DNA of 64,000 bases, taken from the NCBI GenBank assembly GCA_025558095.1, contig JAIVFI010000022.1, positions 642,475-706,474 of the forward strand, given 5' to 3'. The stretch's first letter is position 1. Every line of letters starts with the position of its first letter. The position numbers and the translations under genes were made by a program. This document shows positions 35,697 to 46,407 of this stretch, in pieces. The notes beneath the pieces were generated by a model. It was not told the origin of the DNA and made no database searches. It saw nothing but the letters and a program-made list of their open reading frames with translations. This stretch comes from Hyaloraphidium curvatum SAG 235-1. Lineage: Eukaryota; Fungi; Monoblepharomycota.

Positions 35697-37699
35697 ATGG
35701 GCGAGCGGACGGCGCCGTCGGGCGACGATGACCGATTGCTGATCGCCCTCGCCGCGGGGCTGCGGGTTTCGGCCGACGCTGCGGACGCCGGGAGGGGCGG
35801 GGCACGCAGCGGGGGAGGCGCCTCGGACGGAGGCAGCGACGCCGCGTGGTCGGATGCCCCGCCAGACGGCGATGGAGAGCCGGAAGCGCAGCTGGCCAAA
35901 CGGCCGCCACACCCGCGGCCAACGAGCCTGCTGGACTCGGGCTGGAGCGGGTATTCGGCCTCCCTCCCCCCGGAGGCGGCCGCCCCTGCCTCGGACCCCT
36001 GGCGGGCGGCCTTTGGCGCGGGAGGCGGGCTGCCGAGGCCGATGCGGACGTTTCCAGCCCCATCGCCGGCCGCAGACGTCGCCCCGCTCAGCGCACCGGC
36101 TCCCCCCTCCGAGCTGCTCTTCCCGGCCATCGCCCGCTTCTTCGAGGTGTTCCACCCGCTGTTCCCCGTGGTGCACAAAGCCACCTTCGAGGCCTCGCTC
36201 GCCGGGCAGCCCTCACCGGTGTACGCCGGCACCCGCCCGCTGGCCCTGGCCTACGCCGCCGCGGCAGTCGGGGCGTTCCACCTCCCCGCCGAGCCCGAGC
36301 AGGCGCGGGTGCGGTTCGCCAGGCTGTGCTGCGACCGCGCGCGGGACCTGCTCCTCGCCGGCCGCGCGTCGCCCGTCGAGGAGGCCTTCGCGCTGGCCCT
36401 CATTCTGAACGTGATGCTGGTCGCGGGCGTCCCGGGGAGGATGGCCCACCCCTTGCAGAGGTGCGGCCGGCTGGCGGAGGCGCTCTACCTCTCCCTCCCC
36501 GAGGAACCCCCCTCCACCCCCGACGAGTGGGTGTACAGGGAGCAGGTCCTCCGCCTCCGGATATTCTACTGCGCCTTCGACCTCGGCGCAGCCTTCAACG
36601 CCGGCCGTCCGGCGCTGTCGAGCTACTTCCACCCGCACCGCAGCCCGCTCCCGTGCGGAGAGGCCTTCTTCGACCACCCCTTCCCCGGCGCCGCGTTCGA
36701 CGCCCTCACCTCCTGGAGGGAGTCCGAAGGAGGCGAGCCGTGCGTGCGGTACCCGGCCAAGGACTGGCGTGAGATCTCGGGCACCTTCTCCCACCTCTCC
36801 TCCCTCTCGGCCTCGCCCTCGGGCAGCGTGCTCTGCGCCCTCATGCTCTCCAACTACGTCCGCCACCTCCGCATGGCCCTCGGCCGCTCCGACGCCTCCT
36901 CCCCGCTGAACGACCGCCGCACCGCCGCCGGCGGGCTGGTAGGCGCATGCGACGCCGCGCTCCGCGCGCTCCCCCCGGATCTCGGCACCGCCCTGTCGCA
37001 GGGCGACCCCGCACCCCTCCTCCGCTCCCGGGGCTTCGCCGACCCCGCGCATGCCTACTCGCTCCTGCACTCGCACCTCTTCTCCGAGGTCCACGTGGCC
37101 GACCGCCTCCACGCCGCCGGCTTCCGCGCCTCCTGCGCCGCGCGGCACCTCCGCCTCGCGCGGTGCCTCGAACAGCTGCTGCGCGCGGATCCGCCGGGGG
37201 ACAGGTGCCACCACGTGCTGATGGCCCCCGCGTACGTCGCGGGGAGGTACCTGCTCGCGGATCTGGTCGGGGAGGAGCCGCGCGGGCCGGACGAGGGGGG
37301 CGAGGGGCGGGAGAGGAGGAGGAGGGAGCTGGGGAGGGGGGTGCGGGCCGTGGGGAGGTTCTTGGAGAGGCTGGGGAGGGTGTACGGGCTCCAGCGTGGG
37401 TTTTCGTCGTGCGGCGGGGGTTCCGTATTGTTCTGACCCCGGGTGACGTTGCAGCGCGCAAGGTGGCGAGGGCGTTCGCCGGGGACGTCGCGGCCGCGGG
37501 TTTCGGGCCCGGCGGTCCCGCGCCGCTGCCCGAGGACTCGAGCGACCTGCAGGAGGACGACGGGGGGTTCGTGCCCGGGCCGCCCGAGGGCGGGGAGGAG
37601 GCGAGGTTCTTTGGGGACGTGCTGCTTTCGGGCAAGGTGAGGTGGGAGTCGTTTGCGGCGGGCAAGGGCGGACCGGGGTCTCCGGGGAGCCTGGGTTAG
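35697..37699 (+). CDS. Fungal-specific transcription factor domain protein (paralogue of 26487-28852)
   Basis: FFEVFHPLFPVVHKATFE, CCDRARD, STPDEWVYREQVLRLRIF; intron at the same position, after YGLQ. Confidence 0.8.
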
Positions 37700-38002
37700 G
37701 CGGACTATGAGGGTGGGGGATGAAGCGGTGGCTAGATCGCGGACAGTGGTGTGCTGGCGCTTGGCAGTTCGAATTGAGGCTGGGGGCGGGCCGATCGGCG
37801 GCAAATCACTGCCCCAGGGAGCACGACATGGGATTGCTGTAGCAGCTAAACTGTCCCCCGGTGCTTAGAGAAAGGATCAGACGGAATTGCTGCCGGACTA
37901 CGCCGGGCACGGGATCGAACAACCCGGCGACAGCCGCCCGCGTGCCGCCCGCTCAGCATTCCCTTGCCAAGCCCCGAAACTCCAGAATCGGCCGGCCGCG
38001 CG

Positions 38003-39378
38003 ATGACCGCCCGAATACCGGCCTCCCGGCGCCGCCGGGTCATCTCCCTCTTGTACTTGTGCCTGCTGCTCGTTCTCGGGCTGGGGGCGGGGGGGGCGGC
38101 GGCAGGGTCCCCCCGACCCCGCCGGCTCCCCGCCGACAACACCGCGCCGGTGGCCCCTCCCCTGCCCCGCCAGGCCGGCAACGACAGCGCCCCCGCCTGC
38201 CTCGTCGACGCCGTCGCCCTCTCCGTCGCTGGCTTTTCCTTCGCCGCCCGCACCGCCACCGCCGAGCTCCGCGTCCTCGCCGTGTGCTCGTCGCAGATGG
38301 GCGTGACCGACGTGCTCCGCCTCGTGGGCCCGCAGGGCGACGGCAGCGTGCAGGTCTCGGCCCAGGGCGGCGCGCCGTTGCCCGCCGAGGCGCAGGCGCA
38401 GCTGCCGGGGATGGTGTGGATGGCCGCGGCGCAGTACCGCGCCGACGTGCGGGCGCGGTTCGAGCTAAAGTACTACCCGTTCGATCGGATAAGGGTGCCG
38501 GTGGCGCTCGAGGCGACCAAGCCGTGGGGGGACATGGAGGTGCGGTTCGGGCTGCTGGACGCCAACCCCGGGTCGAGGATCGGCAACGGGTTCTTCACGG
38601 ACGAGGCGCTGATGCTCCAGGGCCTTCCCATCGTGGTGGCGGGGAACTTTGGCTACGTTCCGGACTCGTTCGGCGCCCAGGCGCCCGAGTTTGCGCGGTT
38701 CACGTTCGAGTACGAGTTCCGGAGGGACGACGTGACGACGTTCGTGCAGGTCATGCTGGCGAGCTACCTGGCCTTCATGCTCAGCGTGTCGTCGCTGGCG
38801 CTGCCGGTGGAGGAGCACTTTGACTCGCGGATGGGGATCCTGGGCGCAAGGTGGGCCGCGGCAGCGCCGGGACGCTTCGGCGAAACTCACGCCTCCACAG
38901 CATCTTCGTCGTCGTCCTCACCATGTCGGCCCTCTCGACCTTCCTCGGCTACCCCGCCACCATGACCCTGGGGGACTACATAACCCTCTCGACGCTCTTC
39001 CTCATCGGCCTCATCTTTGTCGAGAGCATCTGCGAAAAGTGGCTCGTGCTGCACCGCCGGGCCAAGGAGGACGACGCCGAGGCGCTCCACAGGGCTTTCG
39101 GCAACGGCGCCGAGGACGTGGACGGTGCTGACAAGGCCGCGGCCGAGGGCACCAACGGCGCCCTGCGTCACCGCGGCCCGCGTGCGCCCGCGGGTGCAGG
39201 GGTCGAGATGCCCGTGGTCGACGCGCCCCCGCGCCGCTCGGTGTTCTGCTTCGGCGCGTGCCCGCGGCCCAAGGGGGCCGAGTGGATGTCGCTGTGGACC
39301 GCGGTGACAGTGAGCATTGCGTACGTCGGGATCAACGTCGGGCTGCTCGTCGGGTACAGGGCGCCGCCGGGGGGCTGA
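38003..39378 (+). CDS. Cys-less pentameric ligand-gated ion channel (pLGIC, prokaryote-like)
   Basis: Signal peptide; FELKYYPFDRIRVPVALE Pro-loop motif; FRR pre-M1; M1, DSRMG-M2, TMTLGD-M3, long loop, M4; 50-nt intron 38851-38900. Confidence 0.8.
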
Positions 39379-40573
39379 GATGGTCGGAGGGATCGGTTAG
39401 GCTGTCGCGTGCCGGGCTTCGATGCAATGCGTCGCGCTGCCTCGGCAGACCGTTTTCGCGGCCGGCCGGCCGTACCGGTCGCGGCCCCGAGGGCCCCGCC
39501 TGGCTGCCGCTGGGTCTCCGGGCTGTGTCGATGTCCCCCTGTTCCCGGTCCACGCCCCCGCAGTAGGACGCCGCCCCACGTCCTGCGGGAGGGCCCCATC
39601 CTGACGACGTGCGCGCAGTGTACGGTGTGCGGGCCGTTTTCGGGGATTCGAGGGGAGCGCAACGCCGCTAGATAGAACGTTGGCTGGGCAGGGAGCGACG
39701 TCACAGGCCGGGACGGTCGGTTCGGCATGTCGGATTCGGCGAGGTGTCGAGTGGAAAGAGGCATGTCGGACGTCGGAGCAGCGGTGGTCATCCCCAAAAG
39801 GGAACTGGATCGCAAGGGTCGGTGGGACGCTCCGGTCCGCAAGGGCCCCGCACCCCGGCGGGTCGGAAACACTTCCGACGGGGAACAGTCCGCTCGGGTC
39901 GATTCGAGCGGCTGTTGGTGCGGAACGGCGCGCCGGATGCGCGGGGAAAGCGGCCGACGGACCCGAGGGTAGTGAGGCCGAGGGATACAGCGCCACCCGG
40001 GGTCCGGGGCGGCAACCGGTGCCGAGGGGCAGACCAAGCGGCCCGATGTTCGAGTTCTTTGGACCGGCCATTCGGAGCGCACGGGGTGGCCGGGAAATGC
40101 GGGGGAGGGGAGCGGTCGATGTGGCGCCATCGAGTCATAGGAAGGGACGGGGGTGAGTGCGGGTGCCCAATCGCCCTGGAGGCGGGAATGGCGGCGATGT
40201 CGGACGATTCGATCATGCCGAATGTGATGTCTCCCGCCATCTGCAGCGCCCGGCGGCCGCCGGCGGCCGTGCGGCGGCCGAGGGACGGGTCGCGAATCGG
40301 GAGGGCGGACGGTCGGGGTCCAGACCGCGCACCGGCCCTGTGACTCGACGCGCACGGGGGCCGCCGGGAGGGGACATCCGGGCCGTGCGAGGGGCGCGGC
40401 GACTTGAGGAGGGGGCCGGATGAGCCTGCCCGTGCGTCAAGGTAGCGCAGGAGGCGTCGGATGAAAATTCGCGCGAGGTTCGAAGCGGCCCGAAAAAAAG
40501 ATCGAGCGTCCCGGCCGCCGACCGCCCTCGTCGACCGGCGAAATCGCGACCACTCACACCAGCGCCCGCAGAC

Positions 40574-41635
40574 ATGGCCGCGCAGACAGCGGCCGCTCCC
40601 GCCGAGGCGCGGGGAGCGCACGCCGCGGCGGCGCAGGCGGAGGCAGACGATGCGGCGGCCGCCGGCCCGATGCTGCTGTCCGCGACGCGGGCATCGTCGC
40701 TCCTGGGCACCGGCAGCCTGGACATCGGCGCGTGGCTGGCGGCGGCCGGCGCGCACGGCAGCGACGGCGGCGACCGGGACGACGCGGCCGCCGCCCTGCT
40801 CGCCACGGCCGACGCCCTGTTCGGTGCCGACTCGTTCGGGCTGCTGGACTGCCTGAATCTGCCGGCGACGCCGCTGCCCGGGGACGCCGCGCCCGCCGAC
40901 GCCGCGGTCATCGACCTCGGCGGCCTGCTCGCCCCGCTGGCCCCGCCCGCCCCGCCCCATCTGGACCCGCACGGCCCGCCCACGCCGCCCGCCTCGGAGC
41001 GCACCGCGGGCGACTCGGGCGACCTGCGCGCCGCCTACCTCAATGCCGTGCTGCCCCTCGACGGCCCGCCTGCCCCCGATCCGCGGCCCGCCCCCCCGAT
41101 CCCCGCGTGGCACTCGCCCGCCCTCTCCGCCGCCGCCTCGCCGCCGCCGCCCGGCGCTGGCACCCTCGCGCCCGCCGCCCTCTTCGCCCCGCTGTTCCCC
41201 GCGCAGCTGCCCGCGGCCTCCCCCAAGCGCGCGAGGCGCACCCCGCCCGCGGACCCCAGCTCGCCGGGCAGCGACTCGACGCTCTCCCTCGCAGCCGACC
41301 GCGCCTCCTTCTTTGTCGCCGACAACGCGGGCAACCTCACCACCATCTCCTTCCCGCGCACCGCCTTCCTTCCCCTCTCGGGCGCCGCGGGGCAGCCCGC
41401 AAAGCGCCGCCGCGTCTCGGAGCCCGACGTCCCCGGCCACCTCGAGCTGGACCTCTCCTTCGACACCCTGTTCGGCCGGCGCGGGACGGGGTCGCCTTCC
41501 GCAACCAGAAGTCCGCCAGCGTCGCCGAGGAGGGCGAGCTTCTCGGCGCTGGGGGAGAGGATGCGCGGGCTCAACGTGAGGGACGTGGCGGCGATGCGGG
41601 CGCAGGCGATCCGCTCCGCCGTCGGGGCCCTGTGA
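40574..41635 (+). CDS. Hypothetical low-complexity protein
   Basis: 353-aa ORF, host-like codon bias, NLS-like PAKRRRV. Confidence 0.55.
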   Translation: MAAQTAAAPAEARGAHAAAAQAEADDAAAAGPMLLSATRASSLLGTGSLDIGAWLAAAGAHGSDGGDRDDAAAALLATADALFGADSFGLLDCLNLPATPLPGDAAPADAAVIDLGGLLAPLAPPAPPHLDPHGPPTPPASERTAGDSGDLRAAYLNAVLPLDGPPAPDPRPAPPIPAWHSPALSAAASPPPPGAGTLAPAALFAPLFPAQLPAASPKRARRTPPADPSSPGSDSTLSLAADRASFFVADNAGNLTTISFPRTAFLPLSGAAGQPAKRRRVSEPDVPGHLELDLSFDTLFGRRGTGSPSATRSPPASPRRASFSALGERMRGLNVRDVAAMRAQAIRSAVGAL

Positions 41636-41734
41636 TCCCCCGCAGGGGGGGCATTGGACCGCCGTGGGGGCTGTTGGCTCCCCCTTTGTAGGACGGAACG
41701 ACTCTGTCACTAGTGCGTAATAGGAACGTGTGAT

Positions 41735-41762
41735 TCATCAGATCTCTATCACAGGCGCTGAG
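41735..41762 (+). repeat. 28-nt dispersed repeat, copy 2
   Basis: Identical to 25739-25766. Confidence 0.8.
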
Positions 41763-41782
41763 CGCCCCCCAACCCCGATACA

Positions 41783-42309
41783 TCACGTCACGCCATATAC
41801 ATTGAATTCGGGGAAGAGGGGAGGGGTTAGATGTCCGCCGAGCTGCCGGGTACAGGCTTCCTTGAACCTGTTCATAAGCTGTTGGCAACCCAGTACGCGC
41901 CCCCGCTGAACAACGGCGCGCAGACGGCCGGTCTGGCGGGCCATGAGACCATCGACATCCCAGTCTTTGCCGTCGGATTTGGTGCGCGGGGGAGAGATCT
42001 CTCGAGACCAAACACGGAGTTGTTCATCCGCCGCGTCGTGCAGGCGGCCGAAGGTCGAGACCGCAAACCAAATGAGGTTGTGCACGGGGGGATCGGGAAC
42101 GTAGAACTGGTTGGCAAGGGCCGTCGCCTTCTTCTGAACAGCGCGGCGCAGGAGCGAGGTCTCGTTGCGGGAGTCCGTCGAGCGCGAGGTGCGACGGTCC
42201 GGGTCGGAACCGGGCCTGAAGCTCTAACCCGGCGCGCGAATCCCGCTCGGCTCTTCGGGTCGGATAGGCCCTGAATATGAATAAGCGAACGGCGTTGAAG
42301 ATACTTGAC
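41783..42309 (-). mobile_element. 3' fragment of a CRE-like non-LTR retrotransposon (restriction-like endonuclease C-terminus)
   Basis: AVQKKATA..FY...FAVSTFGRLHDAA...RLRAVVQRG resembles the K..Y / F.vet.Grl...A / lqrgn pattern; cut at the gypsy LTR boundary. Confidence 0.5.
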
Positions 42310-42655
42310 TGTAGCCGGGGGAAAAGCGGTTGCGGGATGTCTCCCGGGGTGCGTCCCAAGGGCTCTCAGAACGAGGATCCGGCCGGGCGGGGTTCCGCAC
42401 GGTGGTCGAACGACACGGAGAGCACGTAGAGTCAACTGGCGATCAAGATCGTACTGTTACATGTCCCGCTCTTTATATATCCCAGGAGGGTGGCTGTGCC
42501 GAGTCACTTGCGAGTCACTTGCGAGTCGCTCGCGAGTGACTCGCGAGTCGATCGCGAGTCGATCACGAGTCGATCGCGAGGACCGACGCCTCCACGCCTC
42601 CGAACCGAAAATGAAAATACCCCTGTCCGAATGTCAGACGTCCTGTACCTTCACA
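42310..42655 (-). repeat. Putative 3' LTR (TGT...ACA) with TATA and an 11-bp tandem array
   Basis: Begins TGTGAAGG next to the PPT, contains ATATATAAAG, candidate end GGCTACA; the 42310 boundary is inferred because no second LTR is present. Confidence 0.6.
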
Positions 42656-43175
42656 CGCCCCCACCCAAAAGAAGGCGCCGCCCTCGGCGCCACGAAATCG
42701 AAGATCCTCCGCAGAGTGACGTCATGCTTGCAGTAGAAGATGTTGAAGGCCGAGGTGGAGACAACAGATGTTGGAGAGTGTAGGGCCGAAGGGTGGCTTA
42801 GGCGTCCTCAAAGTCGACGTCGGCGCCCGCCTCGTCGTCGCTCGGCGGCGGGGCGCGGAGCCGGCGGGTAAAGCCGAGAGCGAAGGCGGCATGCACGGCT
42901 GAGCCGTCCGCGGCCTAGGGGGTGTAGACCGGGTGCGGGCATGGTCGACTTGTAGGGCGCAGCCGGGATGTGTTGTACAGGGCGGCCAAGAGGCCGTCGT
43001 CCTGCGAGACGATGGAGGAGATCTGAACACGCATTTTCAGTCCGGGTATCACAAGTTGGCGTTCGAGGGGGTCGAGGATAGGCTCGAGGTAGTACGTCGG
43101 GTTTGAGTCAGTGAAAGCCGGGGATCGGAGCACAGAGATGGAAATGCTGTGACCGGATAGACGTCGTTGGTGTTA

Positions 43176-44570
43176 CTAGCGACGCCGAGTCCGCATGCGC
43201 CTGGGGAGACCCGTCGGGAGCTGGAGACCAACGCGATCGGCATAGGCGCGGACGATCCCTATGGCGCCGTGCAACATGTCCAGAGGGAGCTTGGTCGTAC
43301 GAGCGAAGCCCCGCCACTTGACCTCGAACTTGAGTCCGTGACCCTGGCCCTCGTGGCCGACGATGTCCTCGACGGTGTACTCCTGCTCGTTCCCAAGCGC
43401 GTTCTCGACCTCGATTTCCTCTTCGAACTCGTTCACCGGTTCCGAGAGATCGAGCTCTTCACCGGCGGCGAGCTCCGGGGCGCGTGCGTTCCACGAGCGC
43501 GCGTTGAAGGTGGCCGACTCCCAAGGCTTGTAGCGCGCCAGCCGGTCCACATGCACAGTGGTGACGTGGTCGGTCTCGTAGACGTGTCTACACTTCCAGG
43601 TGAGCTCGGTGTGGCCTGACTCCTCGATGCGGTAGGGCCCAAGATAACGAGAGACGAACTTGCCCGGCTCGCCCTTGCGCGGTCGTTCTGGTCCCCAGAT
43701 GAGCACGAGGTCGCCGGGGCGGAAGGTAATCGGAAGCCGGGTAGCGTTGGCCTTGGCGTTCCGAGTCTCCGCCGCTGCGGCCATCTTCTCGGCCACCAGG
43801 TCGTAGGCCGCACGAAGCTGCGCCACGAGCTCCACGACGTAGGTCCGCCGGCGCTCATCCTCTGTCTTCTTGTCCTCCTCGTCGCTGGCCCGCAGGTGCA
43901 CTGGCTCGCGAATCTCGGTCTCGTCGTAAAGTAGGTCGAGCGGAATACGAGCATCCCGACCATGCATCAGAAAGAACGGAGTTTCGCCGGTCGTCGCGTG
44001 GATGGAGGTCCGGAAGGCAAAGATGACCCCCACGATGTCCTCGTCCCATGTCTGGTAGTTCTTGGAGACCGCTGCGCTCAGGGCGTCGATGATCCACCGG
44101 TTCGGGCGCTCCGCGAGGGAAGCCCTGGGATGCCCAACCGTGACCAGGCCCCGGTTGATGCCGAGTAGCTTGAGCAGGTACTCCATGTAATGGTTGTCCA
44201 GGTTCGAGGCGTTGTCGTGGTGAATCCGCTTCGGAAGACCGTGCTCGAGAATCCATCGCGTATAGAGCAGCTTCGCCGTCGTCGGCCCAGAGAGGTCCGG
44301 AGTCGGATACGCCGCGACCCATTTAGTGAACGGATCGTAGACGACGAGAAGGTACTTGTTGTCGCGGGGCGTGGCCGGATTGATCTCGCCGATGTAGTCG
44401 ATGTAGATGTCCTCGTTGGGACCTGTGAGAGGAACCGATTTCAGTAAGCCCTGGTTCGATACCGAAGGCATCTTCCGGGTCATGCATGTTAGGCAGGCTC
44501 GCGTCCAGCGGCGAACGTCGTGCGCCATGCCGACCCAATATACGCGGCGCCGCAGATTGCTGTACGCCCG
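43176..44570 (-). CDS. Gypsy integrase with GPY/F motif and chromodomain (5'-truncated pol)
   Basis: YW.GM..DV...CLTC, IYIDYIG, IHHDNA, LAERPNR (DDE), TTGETPF, YLGPYRI, EYTVEDIVGH...VKWRGF. Confidence 0.92.
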   Translation of the reverse strand, partial: RAYSNLRRRVYWVGMAHDVRRWTRACLTCMTRKMPSVSNQGLLKSVPLTGPNEDIYIDYIGEINPATPRDNKYLLVVYDPFTKWVAAYPTPDLSGPTTAKLLYTRWILEHGLPKRIHHDNASNLDNHYMEYLLKLLGINRGLVTVGHPRASLAERPNRWIIDALSAAVSKNYQTWDEDIVGVIFAFRTSIHATTGETPFFLMHGRDARIPLDLLYDETEIREPVHLRASDEEDKKTEDERRRTYVVELVAQLRAAYDLVAEKMAAAAETRNAKANATRLPITFRPGDLVLIWGPERPRKGEPGKFVSRYLGPYRIEESGHTELTWKCRHVYETDHVTTVHVDRLARYKPWESATFNARSWNARAPELAAGEELDLSEPVNEFEEEIEVENALGNEQEYTVEDIVGHEGQGHGLKFEVKWRGFARTTKLPLDMLHGAIGIVRAYADRVGLQLPTGLPRRMRTRRR

Positions 44571-44825
44571 CCCTATGAGAAATTTCCATGGGAAAGCCCT
44601 GGGAAACAAATGGGAAAACCCGTCCCGCATGGGACTTGCATGGGAAAAGTGCTTGGACATGGGAAATCACATGGGCTGGCATGGGAATATTCCATGGGGA
44701 GCCTAACCCCTAAGTCCGGAGAATGGGATTGGCCATGGGAATAGTATGTACCAGGCCGTCCAGACCCAGGTGGTTAGGGCTTGGAAGCACAGGACATGGG
44801 CTGGACATGGGACGCCTCATGGGAT
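44571..44825 (+). repeat. Left terminal and subterminal CATGGG repeats
   Basis: More than 10 (C)ATGGG units, many 10-13 nt apart. Confidence 0.85.
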
Positions 44826-45122
44826 CCCTGAGCGACAGTGCACGAACTCGAAGAGTATCGCCTTGTTCATGACGTTCACTCACTGGCATTACCATCCTAG
44901 AGGGGCCGCAGGCTTCAGATGGATGCGCATTCAACCCGTTCGCCATCTCATTGACATCCGTTTTGAACTCGTTTGAAATCTGTTTCATATCCCTTTTTAG
45001 TCCGTTTTCTATCCGCTCGGGCATCCTTGCCCGTCTGCATGGATCCGCTCGTCCGATCGCAAGGCGGCGATCAGCCGAGGTCCGAACCGTTTCTCGGGTC
45101 CCGGATCTTGCCCACCGTGACC

Positions 45123-46199
45123 ATGTCGGTACGCGCTCTTCGGAGCTGCCCACCGGAGGTTCTGAAGGAAATCGCGCGTTTCCTGGACCCTAATGCGCGA
45201 GTCGCGCTCGCGAGCACGGGCAAGGAGATCCGCGCCGCGGTTTTGGACGTGGCCTTGCGGAGCGTCCGACCCCCAAGCTCGCGCACAGCTGCCGACTACT
45301 TCGATTCGGTGGTGCACGAAGGCACGGAGGAACTTATTCATGTGGTCACGAGGCACTTGACACTGGATCCCCAAGTTCCTTTTGGCAACGACCCCGCCGC
45401 CCTTCACCCTGAGCTTCAGTTCCGCAAGATAGCCCTGCCGCACCTCCACAGCCTCGCCATCGGCCTTAATCCCTCATTTCGCGCGCGAGAGCTGCGCCTT
45501 CTCCTCACAAGGCACGACCCCGCGGAGCACCTAAGGCAGCTCACCCTCACCAACGTCGACCTCGCCTTCCTTCCGTCCCTCGGGATGTTGGAAGTGTTTG
45601 TCTCCCGCTTGTCGTACCTGGAGATTGGCGTAACCGGGGGCGCTAAAGTCCTGAAAGGGGTTCTGGGATGCGTTGAGAAGGCGCTCTTCCACGGTCTCGG
45701 GTCGTGGGGTCTCCAAACATCGGAGAGAGAGCTTGCTTGTGAAATGCCCACTGAAGTGGCGCGTCGCTTGACGACGCTGAAGGCCGGGCCGCGCGTTTTC
45801 AAGCAGGTCTGCAACGCTTGTGGCGATTCGGGGACGGAGCTTCGGAGGCTCGCACTTTCGGGGATCTCGGGCTGCCGGAAGCTACTACGGGTGCAGAAAC
45901 ACGTGTGGTCGCTCGCGTTGCCGACCATGGAGTCTGACAACTACGCGAGGTTTACGCTTCCCAGGAACGTGGAGTACGTGGAGATCCAGACAATAATCGT
46001 GTCATGCCGCAGTCCCATGCACGAGATTCCGGACAGCCACGTGCTTCCTGGCATTATGTCTTTGCGGAAGCTCAAGCGCGTGGAGGTGTTAGGGTTCGCG
46101 GTCAAGACGCTATCCGACCGAGCCTTGAAGCAGCGTGACCTCGAAACTCAGTGGTGGCAGGTGACTCTTCCGGCGCGTTTGCGGAATCGCACTGTTTGA
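45123..46199 (+). CDS. F-box/LRR-like protein (transposon cargo)
   Basis: LRSCPPEVLKEIARFLDPNARVALASTGKEIR; LxxLxL repeats; C-terminal ETQWW. Confidence 0.75.
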   Translation: MSVRALRSCPPEVLKEIARFLDPNARVALASTGKEIRAAVLDVALRSVRPPSSRTAADYFDSVVHEGTEELIHVVTRHLTLDPQVPFGNDPAALHPELQFRKIALPHLHSLAIGLNPSFRARELRLLLTRHDPAEHLRQLTLTNVDLAFLPSLGMLEVFVSRLSYLEIGVTGGAKVLKGVLGCVEKALFHGLGSWGLQTSERELACEMPTEVARRLTTLKAGPRVFKQVCNACGDSGTELRRLALSGISGCRKLLRVQKHVWSLALPTMESDNYARFTLPRNVEYVEIQTIIVSCRSPMHEIPDSHVLPGIMSLRKLKRVEVLGFAVKTLSDRALKQRDLETQWWQVTLPARLRNRTV

Positions 46200-46407
46200 A
46201 GTTGTCGGCATGTGATTGGGTGCAACGTAGTGTTTTCCAAGCGCAGTTGTGATAGAAAGCGAACATGTGCGGATCGCGAAACAGAATCTTTCCGGATCGC
46301 ATACAGACAACAAGGTCGACAACGAACAGAAACCCTCAGGAAGTCATGCAGATCAATAGTGTGACACAAACGATAGCTCGCCATTCGTTCCGACATCTGG
46401 CCGACAC

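Larger units (their letters stand above)
42310..44570 (-). mobile_element. Ty3/gypsy chromovirus 3' half (integrase, chromodomain, PPT, 3' LTR), truncated by DNA transposon insertion
   Basis: Integrase ORF, minus-strand PPT GGGTGGGGGCG followed by TGTGAAGG. Confidence 0.85.

Noticed and set aside
9460-41710. Many long Arg/Gly/Pro-rich overlapping or antisense ORFs (e.g. 26511-28619, 22849-24654, 39788-41710)
   Set aside because: Expected shadow ORFs in high-GC coding DNA; no domain motifs
44571-44660. N-terminus MSKHFSHASP... of the listed 494-aa integrase ORF
   Set aside because: It is read-through into the inserted transposon end, not retroelement protein
44702-44713. CCTAACCCCTAA as an internal telomere seed
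   Set aside because: Only two imperfect units; could be chance
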